From an uncultured Candidatus Binatia bacterium (GTDB lineage Bacteria > Desulfobacterota > Binatia > UBA9968 > JAJDTQ01): a stretch of 64,000 nucleotides of DNA. Within the stretch, counting starts at the first letter, position 1. Every line of letters starts with the position of its first letter. Made by a program: the position numbers and the translations under genes. The notes under the pieces were generated by a model. It did no database searches. It was not told where the DNA came from and saw nothing but the letters and a program-made list of their open reading frames with translations. Shown here piece after piece: positions 49,382 through 58,996 of this stretch. Where the stretch lies: NCBI GenBank assembly GCA_965215605.1, contig OZ244070.1, forward strand, positions 256,001-320,000, written 5' to 3'.

Positions 49382-50509
49382 ATGTCGAATACGTCCGACG
49401 ATCCCGGAAACACAGACCAGACACTGTCCATCATCGTGCCGACGTTCCGCGAAGCAGCCAACATTGCCCCGCTGGCCGGGCGCATCGCCGGGGCGCTGTC
49501 CGGCACGGGCATCGAGTGGGAGCTGTTGCTGGTGGACGACGACTCCGGCGACGGCAGCGAGGCCGTGGCCGCCGAGCTTGCCCGGCGCCTGCCCGTGCGC
49601 ATGATCGTCCGCCGCGAGCCGCCCCGGGACCTGTCCCTGGCGGTGATCGAGGGCATCCGGCAGTGCCGCTTCGACCGCCTGGTGGTGATGGACGCGGACC
49701 TGTCGCATCCCCCCGAGAGCATCGTGGACCTGCTGGCGGCGCTGGACGCGGGCTGCGACATGGTCATCGGCAGCCGCTATGTGCCCGGCGGCGTGATCGA
49801 CCGCTCATGGGGTCTCTACCGCGCGCTGAACTCACGGCTTGCGACCTGGCTGACGCGACCTCTGGTGAAATGCGCCGACCCCATGTCGGGGTTCTTCGCC
49901 ACGCGGCGCGGCGCCCTGCCCGATCTCCCGACCGTGCGGCCCATGGGGTACAAGATCGCCCTGGACCTCATGGTGCGCGGACGGCTGCGGGTGCGGGAGG
50001 TCCCCATCGAGTTCCGCGACCGGAGCCAGGGTTTCAGCAAGATGAACTGGCGGCAGCAGGTCCGGTTCCTGCGCCACCTGTCGGGGCTGTACAATCACAG
50101 GTTCGGCAGCATGGCGCGCGTCCCGTTCTTCAGCGCGGTGGGGCTCAGCGGCCTTGCCATCGACCTTGCCTGCTATCTCGGCCTCCAGTGGGCCGGGGTC
50201 GAGCACCGGCTGGCGCGCCTGCTGTCCTTCGGGCCGGCGGCCGGTTGGAACTGGGCCCTGAACCGCGGCCTGACCTTCAGCGAGCGGGCGCGACAGCCCC
50301 ACCTCGGGCAGTTGGCCAGATCCATGGCGAGCAGTCTCGCCGGACTCGGGGTGAATGTCGGCAGCTACGCGCTGGCAACGAGCTACGTGGATATGTTCGA
50401 CCGCCACCGGCTGCTGGCCTTCTTTTGCGGCGTCGGCCTCGGCAGCATCGTCAACTTCGTGGTGGCCGATCTTTACGTCTACAAGCGTCGCGCCCAACCC
50501 GGACGCTGA
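49382..50509 (+). CDS. Polyprenol-phosphate mannose synthase-like GT2 fused to a GtrA domain
   Basis: IIVPTFRE, VDDDSGDG, MDADLSHPP, DPMSGFF; four C-terminal TM segments with NWALNRGLTF. Confidence 0.88.
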   Translation: MSNTSDDPGNTDQTLSIIVPTFREAANIAPLAGRIAGALSGTGIEWELLLVDDDSGDGSEAVAAELARRLPVRMIVRREPPRDLSLAVIEGIRQCRFDRLVVMDADLSHPPESIVDLLAALDAGCDMVIGSRYVPGGVIDRSWGLYRALNSRLATWLTRPLVKCADPMSGFFATRRGALPDLPTVRPMGYKIALDLMVRGRLRVREVPIEFRDRSQGFSKMNWRQQVRFLRHLSGLYNHRFGSMARVPFFSAVGLSGLAIDLACYLGLQWAGVEHRLARLLSFGPAAGWNWALNRGLTFSERARQPHLGQLARSMASSLAGLGVNVGSYALATSYVDMFDRHRLLAFFCGVGLGSIVNFVVADLYVYKRRAQPGR

Positions 50510-50586
50510 ACGGCGCCGGCGAGCCAGTGTCGTGTCCCGCGTAAACGTTGACAAAGAACCGCAGGATTTTTGCGTGGGACAGGACG

Positions 50587-52047
50587 CTATTCCTCCCGCT
50601 CCGGACCGCCCGGGTCCGCGCGTCCGTAGGCATCCTCGTAGCGGACGATGTCGTCCTCTTCCAGGTAAGCGCCCAGTTGCACCTCCACCAGCTCCAGGGA
50701 CACCTTGCCGGGGTTTTCGATCCGGTGCTTCGTTCCCTTGGGGATATCGGTGAACTGATTCTCCGACAACGTGAACGTTTCGTCCCCGCGGGTGACCCGC
50801 GCGGTGCCGCGCACGACGACCCAGTGCTCGGCGCGGTGGCGATGGGACTGCAGGGACAGGGCGTGGCCGGCATGGACGGTGATGTGCTTCACCTTGAAAC
50901 CGTCGCCGCGGTACACGTCGTCGAAGGCGCCCCAGGGTCGATGGACCTTGCGGTGGAGCCGGTGCTCGGTCCCGCCCGCCGAGCTGAGCCTTGCCACCAC
51001 CTTTCCGATATCCTGAATTCCGTTCCTGTCCGCCACCAGCACCGCGTCCGCGGTGTCGACGATGACGAGGCCGGACACCCCGACCGCGGCCACCGGGCGC
51101 TTTTCGGCGCGGATGTAGGTGTCACGCACCCCTTCCAGGAGGGTGTTTCCGCGGGCCACGTTGCCGGCGGCATCGCTTTCACCGAGATCGGCCAGCGCCG
51201 CCCAGGAACCCACGTCCGACCAATCGGCCGCGAGCGGCACCATCGCCGCGCCGGACGTGTGTTCCATGACCGCGTGGTCCGCCGACAGCGCCGGCGACCG
51301 GCCGAGTGACTCCGCCTCCAGCCGCAGGCAGCCGGCGTCCGCCGCCGCCCTCCCGTGGGCCCGTTCCACGGCTTCGCGGACGGCCGGCGCGTGAACGCCC
51401 AGCTCCCGCAGGTATCCCGAGGCCGGAAACACGAACATGCCGCTGTTCCAGTAGTAGCCGCCCTCTTCGAGATAGCGCGCGGCCGCCGCGGCATCCGGCT
51501 TCTCGACGAACCGCTCCACCCGGCGGCCGTGCTCGCTGACGCCGGTGGGGCCGCCGGCCTTGATGTAGCCGTACCCGGTCTCCGCACGGGCCGGAGCGAC
51601 GCCGAAGGTGACGAGATGGCCGGCGGCGGCTTCCCGGACGGCGGCCCTCACCGCGCCGGCGAACCGACTCTCGTCACCGATCACATGATCCGCCGGCAGC
51701 ACCAGCAGGAGGGGGTCTTCGCCGTCGTGGTCCAGGGCCAGCGCTTCCAGGGCCGCGGCGGCGATGGCCGGGGCGGTGTTTCGTCCCGACGGCTCCAACA
51801 GCACGGCGGATGGCGTGACATCGATGGCGCGGAGCTGCTCGGCCACGATGAAGCGGTGAGCCTCGTTGCACACCACGATGGGTCCGCGAGCCTCGCCGAG
51901 TGCGGCCAGGCGGCGGGCGGTGGCCTGCAACAGGCTGCGCTCCTCCACCAGCGGGAGAAACTGCTTGGGATGAAGCTCACGGGAAAGGGGCCAGAGCCGG
52001 GTACCGGCGCCGCCCGAGAGAATCACGGGGAAGAGGACTTGGCTCAT
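50587..52047 (-). CDS. manC: Mannose-1-phosphate guanylyltransferase/mannose-6-phosphate isomerase
   Basis: PVILSGGAGTRLWPLSR, FVEKPD, WNSGMF, WSDVGSW, HRPWG, HRAEHW. Confidence 0.95.
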   Translation of the reverse strand: MSQVLFPVILSGGAGTRLWPLSRELHPKQFLPLVEERSLLQATARRLAALGEARGPIVVCNEAHRFIVAEQLRAIDVTPSAVLLEPSGRNTAPAIAAAALEALALDHDGEDPLLLVLPADHVIGDESRFAGAVRAAVREAAAGHLVTFGVAPARAETGYGYIKAGGPTGVSEHGRRVERFVEKPDAAAAARYLEEGGYYWNSGMFVFPASGYLRELGVHAPAVREAVERAHGRAAADAGCLRLEAESLGRSPALSADHAVMEHTSGAAMVPLAADWSDVGSWAALADLGESDAAGNVARGNTLLEGVRDTYIRAEKRPVAAVGVSGLVIVDTADAVLVADRNGIQDIGKVVARLSSAGGTEHRLHRKVHRPWGAFDDVYRGDGFKVKHITVHAGHALSLQSHRHRAEHWVVVRGTARVTRGDETFTLSENQFTDIPKGTKHRIENPGKVSLELVEVQLGAYLEEDDIVRYEDAYGRADPGGPEREE

Positions 52048-52170
52048 GGAAGTGGACTCGAAAGCAAAGGCCTGAAACGCCTGTGGTCGACTATACCAGA
52101 GACACGGCGCCCACAAACAGGCTCACGGGCGCGCCGTGATCGGCGGGACGGCGTGCTCCGGAAGCCGGCA

Positions 52171-52824
52171 TCATTCGCGCGTGGCGCCCCGAAGCGAAAC
52201 CGCACCCCGTATGACCCGCCGGTTCCACCAGACGATCAAGGGCGTGATGAGGAGGGTGGGCAGAATCCATGCCAGCCATGCCGGGTCGCTTTCCACGTTG
52301 ACCACCACCACGGCGGTGACGGTGGCGATGGTGCCCGCCAGCATGTTGGTGAGGTGCCGGGCGATGCGTTGCCGGCCGGAGCGAAGCGGCCCCCGGTGAT
52401 GCCGCAGGTCGGCGGCGCTCAGGGCCAGTGCGATGAAACCGAACAGCGCCATGGTGATCCACTGGGAGCTGCCCCGCAGGAGAAGCGTGGCGCCGTAGCC
52501 CCACATGCCCAACCCGGTGAGCCCCATGACCGCGACGGCGGCCCAGTCCACTGCCCGCGGGCGTCCGCTCGCGTTCCGGGCGAAGCGCCAGCCGGCGAAC
52601 ACGAGATAGAAACTGAAAACGGCCACCAGCAGCAGCACGACATCGGACCCGAGCACGGCCAGCGGCAGCGCGCTCACGCACACCACCGCCATGGACGCGG
52701 CATAGACCCGCCCCGCCCTTATGTGAGGCGACCCTCCCTTTGCCGTGACGAGCGCAATGGCCGCGGCGGCCATCGCCGCCGAACCGGCGGCGATGTGAAT
52801 CACCAGGAGAAGGCTGCCGGGCAT
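52171..52824 (-). CDS. DUF2306-like membrane protein
   Basis: HIAAG...KGGSPHIRAGRVY...HLTNMLAGTIATVTA. Confidence 0.72.
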   Translation of the reverse strand: MPGSLLLVIHIAAGSAAMAAAAIALVTAKGGSPHIRAGRVYAASMAVVCVSALPLAVLGSDVVLLLVAVFSFYLVFAGWRFARNASGRPRAVDWAAVAVMGLTGLGMWGYGATLLLRGSSQWITMALFGFIALALSAADLRHHRGPLRSGRQRIARHLTNMLAGTIATVTAVVVVNVESDPAWLAWILPTLLITPLIVWWNRRVIRGAVSLRGATRE

Positions 52825-52874
52825 GTCACATGCTCCACAGGGGCCGAGGGTCCCTGACTCCTGACCGGTTGCCG

Positions 52875-53699
52875 TCAACGCCAGATGTCGAACCGGCGGA
52901 CAAGGGCCAGCCGGATGATCACCAGGTGGTTCTCGATCTTGTAGGGACAGGCCGTTCGAGGCCCTCCGGGTCCGCACGGATTGTTCCCGGACCGGTTGAC
53001 GTAGCGGGTGGTGCGGCCGAAACCCAGATACGAACCGTCCAGCCGCCACCTCCAGGAGTCCAGCGCCGGGGTCTCGATACCGAGGCCGAGGACCCACCCG
53101 ACTCGCGTCGCGCCGTGGTAAAAGGAGTCGTCGGGATCCTTGTGCCGCGGTATGTTCCGGGTGGAATCGAAGTCGATGTCGGTCAGGGAGTTCGTGATCC
53201 TCGCCACGGCCGCTCCGCCGTTGATGAAGATCGTCACCGGGCCTTCCTGGTGCTCCAGCCCCAGACGCGCCGTGGCCGCCCATCGGACGGCTGTTTTCGC
53301 GGTCTCGTCCCGGCCGGCGGGGTCGACCCGGTCGGTGCTCGCCGACATCTTGCCGAAGATGCCGTCGACCTCGATCCTGAACCGCGCGCCGTTCAGTTCG
53401 AACTTCCTTCCCAGCAACAGACCTCCGACCAGGTCGGCGCCGTCGTAGTCGGTGGACCAACCGGGCCGGCCAAAGTTACCGAAACCAGACGGGTCGATGA
53501 TGCGATTTTCGGACCGGCCGCCGCCGAGGAAGATGCCTCCATAACCTTCCCCCCAGGACACCTCCCCGCGCGCGCCGCCGGCGCCGGCAAGGAGCAGGAG
53601 GGCCGACGCCATGAGCACCGCGAGGAGACGGGAAGTTCCGTTTCCTCGTTCCCGACCGACGGCTGGGGTGGGGCAGACCATGTCGAGCAATGTTATCAT
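52875..53699 (-). CDS. Outer-membrane beta-barrel protein (Omp25/RopB-like)
   Basis: Signal peptide, W.EGYGGIFLGGG, ARLG, GWVLGLGIE, alternating beta strands; start uncertain (53612-53699). Confidence 0.7.
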   Translation of the reverse strand: MITLLDMVCPTPAVGRERGNGTSRLLAVLMASALLLLAGAGGARGEVSWGEGYGGIFLGGGRSENRIIDPSGFGNFGRPGWSTDYDGADLVGGLLLGRKFELNGARFRIEVDGIFGKMSASTDRVDPAGRDETAKTAVRWAATARLGLEHQEGPVTIFINGGAAVARITNSLTDIDFDSTRNIPRHKDPDDSFYHGATRVGWVLGLGIETPALDSWRWRLDGSYLGFGRTTRYVNRSGNNPCGPGGPRTACPYKIENHLVIIRLALVRRFDIWR

Positions 53700-53751
53700 G
53701 AACGTCCATCAATGCAGAAACCGGCGCCTCGGCGGACAGGACACGGGTGCG

Positions 53752-53780
53752 TTGACGGACGGCAGCGCCCTGAATATAAT
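53752..53780 (+). promoter_or_regulatory. Near-consensus sigma70 promoter
   Basis: TTGACG-17 nt-TATAAT. Confidence 0.75.
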
Positions 53781-53782
53781 CC

Positions 53783-53830
53783 CACAAACGAGCAAGCCCG
53801 CTGGAAGTCCAGGGGGCTTGCTCGTTTGTG
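53783..53830. repeat. Perfect 17-bp inverted repeat (long hairpin) directly after the promoter
   Basis: CACAAACGAGCAAGCCC ... GGGCTTGCTCGTTTGTG with an inner CTGG/CCAG stem. Confidence 0.8.
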
Positions 53831-53872
53831 ACCAAGGCGCCGCACAGACCCGCGGGGGCACCGGGGAGCACG

Positions 53873-54325
53873 ATGGGTACCGTCCACGAGATCTACGTCA
53901 CACCGGAAGGCAGCGCCCGCATGCGGCGGGTCGATGAGGCCGAGGCCGTGGCCAGCATGGGACTCAAGGGCGACCGTTACTGCGAGCGGACCGGCTACTA
54001 CAGCGGCTGGGACGAGTGTCAGGTGACTCTCATCGAAGCCGAGGAGCTTGAGGCCATCGCGGCCGACTCGGGCCTCCAGGTGCTCAACGGGGAGCACCGG
54101 CGCAACATCGTCACCCGGGGCATCCACTTGGCCGAGCTGGCGGGAAACGCGTTTCGCGCCGGAGAAGCGGTCCTGGCGTTCGATCGGCCGCGCCCGCCGT
54201 GCGCCTATATCCAGTCCATCACCGAACCGGGCATGACCCGGGCCCTGGCCGGCAAGAGCGGCATCTGCGCGCTGGTGGTCAAGGGCGGCGTCATCCGGCC
54301 CGGCGACGAAATCGCCGTGCTCTGA
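53873..54325 (+). CDS. MOSC domain protein
   Basis: GLKGDRY, HRRNIVTRG, RPPCAY, GICALVVKGG. Confidence 0.88.
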   Translation: MGTVHEIYVTPEGSARMRRVDEAEAVASMGLKGDRYCERTGYYSGWDECQVTLIEAEELEAIAADSGLQVLNGEHRRNIVTRGIHLAELAGNAFRAGEAVLAFDRPRPPCAYIQSITEPGMTRALAGKSGICALVVKGGVIRPGDEIAVL

Positions 54326-54333
54326 CCACGGCA

Positions 54334-55626
54334 GTGCAAGCCCCGCCACCCCATCCAGCCCGGGCCGGCTCACCGTCCACGTTCTTCTACGGCTGGATCA
54401 TCCTGCTGGGAGGCTTTCTCATCCTGGTGGTGGACGGCGGCGTGCGCTTCTCCTTCGGCGTCCTGGTGAAGCCGCTGGCGGCCGAGTTCGGGTGGGACCG
54501 CGGCGCCATCACGTTCGCCTACACGCTGAACATGCTGGTTTTCGGCTTCGGGCAGATGATGGCCGGACGCCTGTTGGACCGCTACGGGCCGCGGCTGCTG
54601 TTTTCGGTCTCGGCGCTGGTGGCTTCCGCCGGTCTTTTCCTGACCTCCCGCACCAGCTCCATCCCCGAGCTCTACCTCTATTACGGCGTCGTCACCGCGG
54701 TGGGAGTCTCGGGAATCACTATCGGCGTGGTCTCCTCCACCGTCTCCCGGTGGTTCAAGAGCCTCCGCGGCCTCATCGGCGGCATCGCCGTCACCGGCAC
54801 CTCCTTCGGTCACTTCGCGATCATCCCGGTGCTGGCTTGGTCCCTGGAACGCTTCGGCTGGCGCGGGTCGTGGATGGGGCTGGGCGTCCTGGTCTCCGCG
54901 GTGGTGGTCCCGGTGGCGCTGGGGCTCATGAAGAAAGAGCCCGCGGACATGGGCCTGGAGCCCTACGAAACCGCCGGCGCGTCCTCAGTTCGGCGAACCT
55001 CCCCTGCGCCGGACTTCTCACCCAGGGAGGCATTCCTGTCCCGCAGCTTCCTGTTCGTGGCCCTGGCCTACGGCCTTTGCGGCTTCCAGGATTTCTTTTT
55101 CGTGACCCAGTTCATCCCCTTTGCCACCGACGCCGGCCTCACCAGCCAGCACGCCTCGAACATCCAGGGCCTGGCCGGCTTGGTAAGCCTGGCCGGCGTC
55201 CTGGTCTTTCCGGCGCTGACGGAAAAGGCAGGCCACGGCATTCCCCTGTCGTTCATGTTTCTCTTGCGCGCCGTCTGCTACGGATTGCTCGTTTTCTCGT
55301 CCGCGCAACCGGCCATATTCGCGGCGGCCCTGTTGATGGGGTTCACGCTCATGGCCACCGCGCCCCTTGCCGCCGCCATGACCGGCGACTACTTCGGGGT
55401 CAGGAACATCGGCCTGATCACCGGCGCCATCCTCTGGGTCCACCACACCGGCGGAGCCCTCGGCGCACTGCTGGGAGGGGTGGCGCACGCGGCCACCGGA
55501 TCCTACGCCGGGATGTTCATGGCCTGCCTCGTCATGGCCTTCACCGGCGCGGCCGTATGCCTGGGGATCCGGCCGCCCGGGGGACCGCTGGTGCCGCGGG
55601 CCGGCAGATCTCCATCTGATCCCTGA
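54334..55626 (+). CDS. MFS transporter (MCT/OFA-like)
   Basis: FFYGWII, GRLLDRYGPR, SRWF, DYFG; start uncertain. Confidence 0.87.
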   Translation: MQAPPPHPARAGSPSTFFYGWIILLGGFLILVVDGGVRFSFGVLVKPLAAEFGWDRGAITFAYTLNMLVFGFGQMMAGRLLDRYGPRLLFSVSALVASAGLFLTSRTSSIPELYLYYGVVTAVGVSGITIGVVSSTVSRWFKSLRGLIGGIAVTGTSFGHFAIIPVLAWSLERFGWRGSWMGLGVLVSAVVVPVALGLMKKEPADMGLEPYETAGASSVRRTSPAPDFSPREAFLSRSFLFVALAYGLCGFQDFFFVTQFIPFATDAGLTSQHASNIQGLAGLVSLAGVLVFPALTEKAGHGIPLSFMFLLRAVCYGLLVFSSAQPAIFAAALLMGFTLMATAPLAAAMTGDYFGVRNIGLITGAILWVHHTGGALGALLGGVAHAATGSYAGMFMACLVMAFTGAAVCLGIRPPGGPLVPRAGRSPSDP

Positions 55627-55696
55627 CCGCTACACGGTTGACTCGCCGCTTGCGGGCGAGTAAGCCGCTCAGGACCGCGACACTATCGGAGGAAAC

Positions 55697-56383
55697 ATGA
55701 TCGACGCATATTCCTGGCGCACCAGCAACGGCCGCAAGCTGCACATCGGGCTGGAGGAGTTGGGCCTCGAATACCGCATCCATCCCATCGACATCCGCAA
55801 GGGGCAACAGTTCGAGGCCGACTTTCTCAAGATCAGCCCCAACAACAAGATCCCGGCCATCGTCGACCAGGACGGCCCCGGCGGAAAGCCCTACGCGGTG
55901 TTCGAGTCGGGAGCCATCCTCATGTATCTCGCCGAGAAGACCGGCAAGCTCATGCCCCAGGACACGGAGCGGCGCTACGTGGTGATCCAGTGGCTCATGT
56001 TCCAGATGGGCGGCATCGGTCCGATGCTCGGGCAGGCCAACCACTTCCGCGGCCAAGCCCCGGACAACGAGTACGGCGTCAGGCGCTACACCAACGAAGC
56101 CGGACGCCTCTACGGCGTCATGGACACGCGCCTGCGGGACCACGAGTACCTGGCCGACGAATACTCCATCGCCGACATCGCCTGCTATCCCTGGCTCCAG
56201 GGCCACGAGAAGCAGGGACAGGACCTGAACGACTTACCCCACGTCAAACGCTGGTTCGAAGCCGTCACCGCCCGTCCCGGCGTGCAACGCGGCCTCCAGG
56301 TCATGGCCGACGTACCCGTCACCCCCATGGACGACAAGGCCCGGGAGATCATGTACGGGGCGAAGCAGTACGAAAGGCGCTGA
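55697..56383 (+). CDS. Glutathione S-transferase family protein (YfcG/YghU-like)
   Basis: TSNGRK, SPNNKIPAI, FESGAILMYLAEK, QWLMFQMGGIGPM. Confidence 0.92.
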   Translation: MIDAYSWRTSNGRKLHIGLEELGLEYRIHPIDIRKGQQFEADFLKISPNNKIPAIVDQDGPGGKPYAVFESGAILMYLAEKTGKLMPQDTERRYVVIQWLMFQMGGIGPMLGQANHFRGQAPDNEYGVRRYTNEAGRLYGVMDTRLRDHEYLADEYSIADIACYPWLQGHEKQGQDLNDLPHVKRWFEAVTARPGVQRGLQVMADVPVTPMDDKAREIMYGAKQYERR

Positions 56384-56405
56384 CGGCGTTTAACACGGGC
56401 CCCGT

Positions 56406-57434
56406 TCAATCCTCCGCGCTCAGCTCCTTCCGGTACTTGCGCCAGCGGCCGCGGAACTGGTGATAGGTCAACCCCAGCGTGTCGGCCGCTTCACGCTGGT
56501 TGTATCGCGCGGCCGCCAGGCTTTCCCGTATCATGCGCACCTCGAGGTCTCGCACCGCTGCTTCCAGTGAACGGCTGTTCCCGTCGGGCGGACCTTCCGG
56601 ACTGGCCGGCGGGGGCGCCTGAGCCGGCGCCGCGGCATCGTGCCCGGGGCCCGCGGCCGCACCGAAGGGCGAGACGAAGGGATCGAACGCGATCTCGTCG
56701 ACGTCGGGGCCGGCGGATCGATACACGGCCCGCTCCACCAGGTTCCTGAGCTCGCGCACGTTACCGGGCCAGGGATAGCGTTCCATCCGCGCGACCACCC
56801 CGGGGCTGAACCGGGGCAGCTCCGTCCAGCACAACTCGTGGGCCATCCTCGCGGCGAAGTGGACGGCCAGCAGCAGGACATCGCCCCGGCGCGCCCGAAG
56901 CGGCGGGATGAACAGGACATCGAACGAGAGCCGGTCGAGCAGGTCGCGCTTGAAACGGCCCTCACGGGCCAGTGAAGGCAGATCCGCGTTGGTGGCGCCG
57001 ATGATTCGGGCCTCCACGTGTACAGGCGTGGACGACCCCACCCGTTCGAAGCTGCCGTACTCCACCACCCGGAGGATCTTCTCCTGCACTTCCATGGGGA
57101 TGAGGGCGATCTCGTCCAGGAAGAGCGTTCCGCCGGCGGCCGTCTCGAACCGTCCGGTGCGCCGCCGGTGCGCGCCAGTGAAGGCGCCTTCTTCGTGTCC
57201 GAACAACTCGGACTCCAGCAGCGCAGGCGCCAGCGCCGCGCAGTTCAGCGTGACCAGAGGCCCGCGCCAACGCGAGGACAGGTAGTGGAGCTTGGCTGCG
57301 GCCAGTTCCTTGCCGGTCCCCCGCTCGCCTATCAGCAGGACCGGACGGTCAACCTTGGCCGCGCGGGACAGCGTTTCCTGAAAGTCGAGGAAGGCGTCCG
57401 ACTGTCCGATGGGCTCCGTGTATGACTCGGGCAT
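56406..57434 (-). CDS. pspF: Phage shock protein operon sigma54 activator
   Basis: GERGTGKE, GAFTGA, WPGNVRELRN, LTYHQFRG HTH; no regulatory domain; divergent from pspA. Confidence 0.95.
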   Translation of the reverse strand: MPESYTEPIGQSDAFLDFQETLSRAAKVDRPVLLIGERGTGKELAAAKLHYLSSRWRGPLVTLNCAALAPALLESELFGHEEGAFTGAHRRRTGRFETAAGGTLFLDEIALIPMEVQEKILRVVEYGSFERVGSSTPVHVEARIIGATNADLPSLAREGRFKRDLLDRLSFDVLFIPPLRARRGDVLLLAVHFAARMAHELCWTELPRFSPGVVARMERYPWPGNVRELRNLVERAVYRSAGPDVDEIAFDPFVSPFGAAAGPGHDAAAPAQAPPPASPEGPPDGNSRSLEAAVRDLEVRMIRESLAAARYNQREAADTLGLTYHQFRGRWRKYRKELSAED

Positions 57435-57569
57435 CTACGTCCCCGTATGGTGTAAAATACTATTTTACGGTTTTTTTAACTTAAATCTAGTTTTATTGAC
57501 GATAATATCGAAACGCTGTGACACTTGCAAACCCAACGAAAACAGAAGGTTGCACGTGGCAGGTCATTG

Positions 57570-57585
57570 CGGCACGGTCCGTGCT
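57570..57585 (+). promoter_or_regulatory. Putative sigma54 -24/-12 promoter of pspABC
   Basis: CGGCACGGTCCGTGCT (GG-N10-GC) about 50 nt upstream of pspA; AT-rich tract at 57445-57520 could hold UAS/IHF sites. Confidence 0.6.
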
Positions 57586-57634
57586 TTATCCATGCGTGTA
57601 ACCGTTTCCGCAAACCTGCCGAGGGAGGAGTCAA

Positions 57635-58303
57635 ATGGGGATCTTTACACGCCTGAGCGACATCGTCAGCTCGAACATCAGCTCCATGCTGGACAAGGCC
57701 GAGGATCCGGAAAAGCTCATCCGGTTGATGATCCAGGAGATGGAGGACACGCTGGTGGAGATCAAGGTCGCCTGCGCCCAGGCGATGGCGGCGCGCAAGA
57801 AGGTCGAGCGCGAACTGGATGAGGCGCGGCGGCGCGGCGACCAGTGGGAAGAGAAGGCGAAGCTCGCCGTCGCCAAGGGACGGGAGGACTTGGCGCGGGA
57901 GGCGCTGGTGGAGAAGCGGCGTTACCGTGAGCGAGCCGAGGTCCTGGAGGACGAGGCCGTCCAGTGCGCCGGCATCATCGAGCAGTACCAGTCGGACATG
58001 GTCCAATTGGAGGACAAGCTGGCGAAAGCGCGCGAGAACCAACGGATTCTGGTACAACGCCACATCCAGGCGCACAAGCGCAAGCGGGCGCAAACCGGGA
58101 TCCGGAAGATGACCAGCGCCGACACCATGCTGCGGTTCGAGCAGTTCGAGAACCGCATCGAGCGCATGGAAGCGGAGGCCGACCTAGTGAATTTCGCGCA
58201 CAAGCCGGACCTCGATGACGTGTTCGCCCGCCTGGAGCAGGACGAGGAGATCGAAGCCGAACTGCGCAGGCTCAAGGACGGCGCCGGGCGGTCCGAGACC
58301 TGA
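57635..58303 (+). CDS. pspA: Phage shock protein A
   Basis: MGIFTRLSDIVSSNI, AEDPEKLIRLMIQEMEDTLVE, coiled coil. Confidence 0.96.
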   Translation: MGIFTRLSDIVSSNISSMLDKAEDPEKLIRLMIQEMEDTLVEIKVACAQAMAARKKVERELDEARRRGDQWEEKAKLAVAKGREDLAREALVEKRRYRERAEVLEDEAVQCAGIIEQYQSDMVQLEDKLAKARENQRILVQRHIQAHKRKRAQTGIRKMTSADTMLRFEQFENRIERMEAEADLVNFAHKPDLDDVFARLEQDEEIEAELRRLKDGAGRSET

Positions 58304-58347
58304 GGCGCGGCCGCGGTCCCAGCGCATGATCCCCACGCGCGGGGACC

Positions 58348-58587
58348 GTGCCGGAAGGCGTCATGGAAGTCATGGGAATCATAATGGGAGTGCTCGGGAT
58401 CCTCTTGATCCTGGGAGCGATACTGATCGTCATGGTGGTGTGGGCCATCCGGGCGCTGCGCAGGAACGGAGCCGGCAGTGACGAGGCCCGCCTGATGCAG
58501 GAGATATACCAAGGCCTCAGCAAACTCGAGGACCGGGTGGAATCCCTGGAGACCATTCTACTCGACAGAAAGGAAAGACAGCCATGA
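58348..58587 (+). CDS. pspB: Phage shock protein B
   Basis: Single TM then LEDRVESLETILLD; lies between pspA and pspC. Confidence 0.85.
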   Translation: MPEGVMEVMGIIMGVLGILLILGAILIVMVVWAIRALRRNGAGSDEARLMQEIYQGLSKLEDRVESLETILLDRKERQP

Positions 58588-58979
58588 CTCAAGGCAGTTC
58601 CCGCATCTATCGCTCGCGTCGCGGGGTCATCCTCGGCGTATGCCGCGGTCTTGCGGAACACCTGGACCTGTCGGTTTTCTGGGTCCGGGTGATCGCCGTG
58701 GTGATTCTGATCAGCACCGGATTCTGGCCGGTGGCCGGCCTCTACCTGCTGGCCGCCCTGATCCTGAAGCCGGAGCCCGTGCTGCCGTTGCAGACGGCGA
58801 GAGAACAGGACTTCTACAACAGCTACGCGCACTCGCGCGCCCACGCGTTGGACCGGCTGCGCCACACCTTCGGTCAACTCGACCGCCGTATCCGCCGCAT
58901 GGAGAGCGTGGTCACCAATCGCGAGTACGATTGGGAGCGGCGGCTGCGGACCGGAGAACGGAAACCCGAGCGGGATTGA
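58584..58979 (+). CDS. pspC: Phage shock protein C
   Basis: IYRSRRGVILGVCRGLAEHL, RIRRMESVVT. Confidence 0.92.
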   Translation: MTQGSSRIYRSRRGVILGVCRGLAEHLDLSVFWVRVIAVVILISTGFWPVAGLYLLAALILKPEPVLPLQTAREQDFYNSYAHSRAHALDRLRHTFGQLDRRIRRMESVVTNREYDWERRLRTGERKPERD

Positions 58980-58996
58980 CAGTGGCGTCGGGCGCG

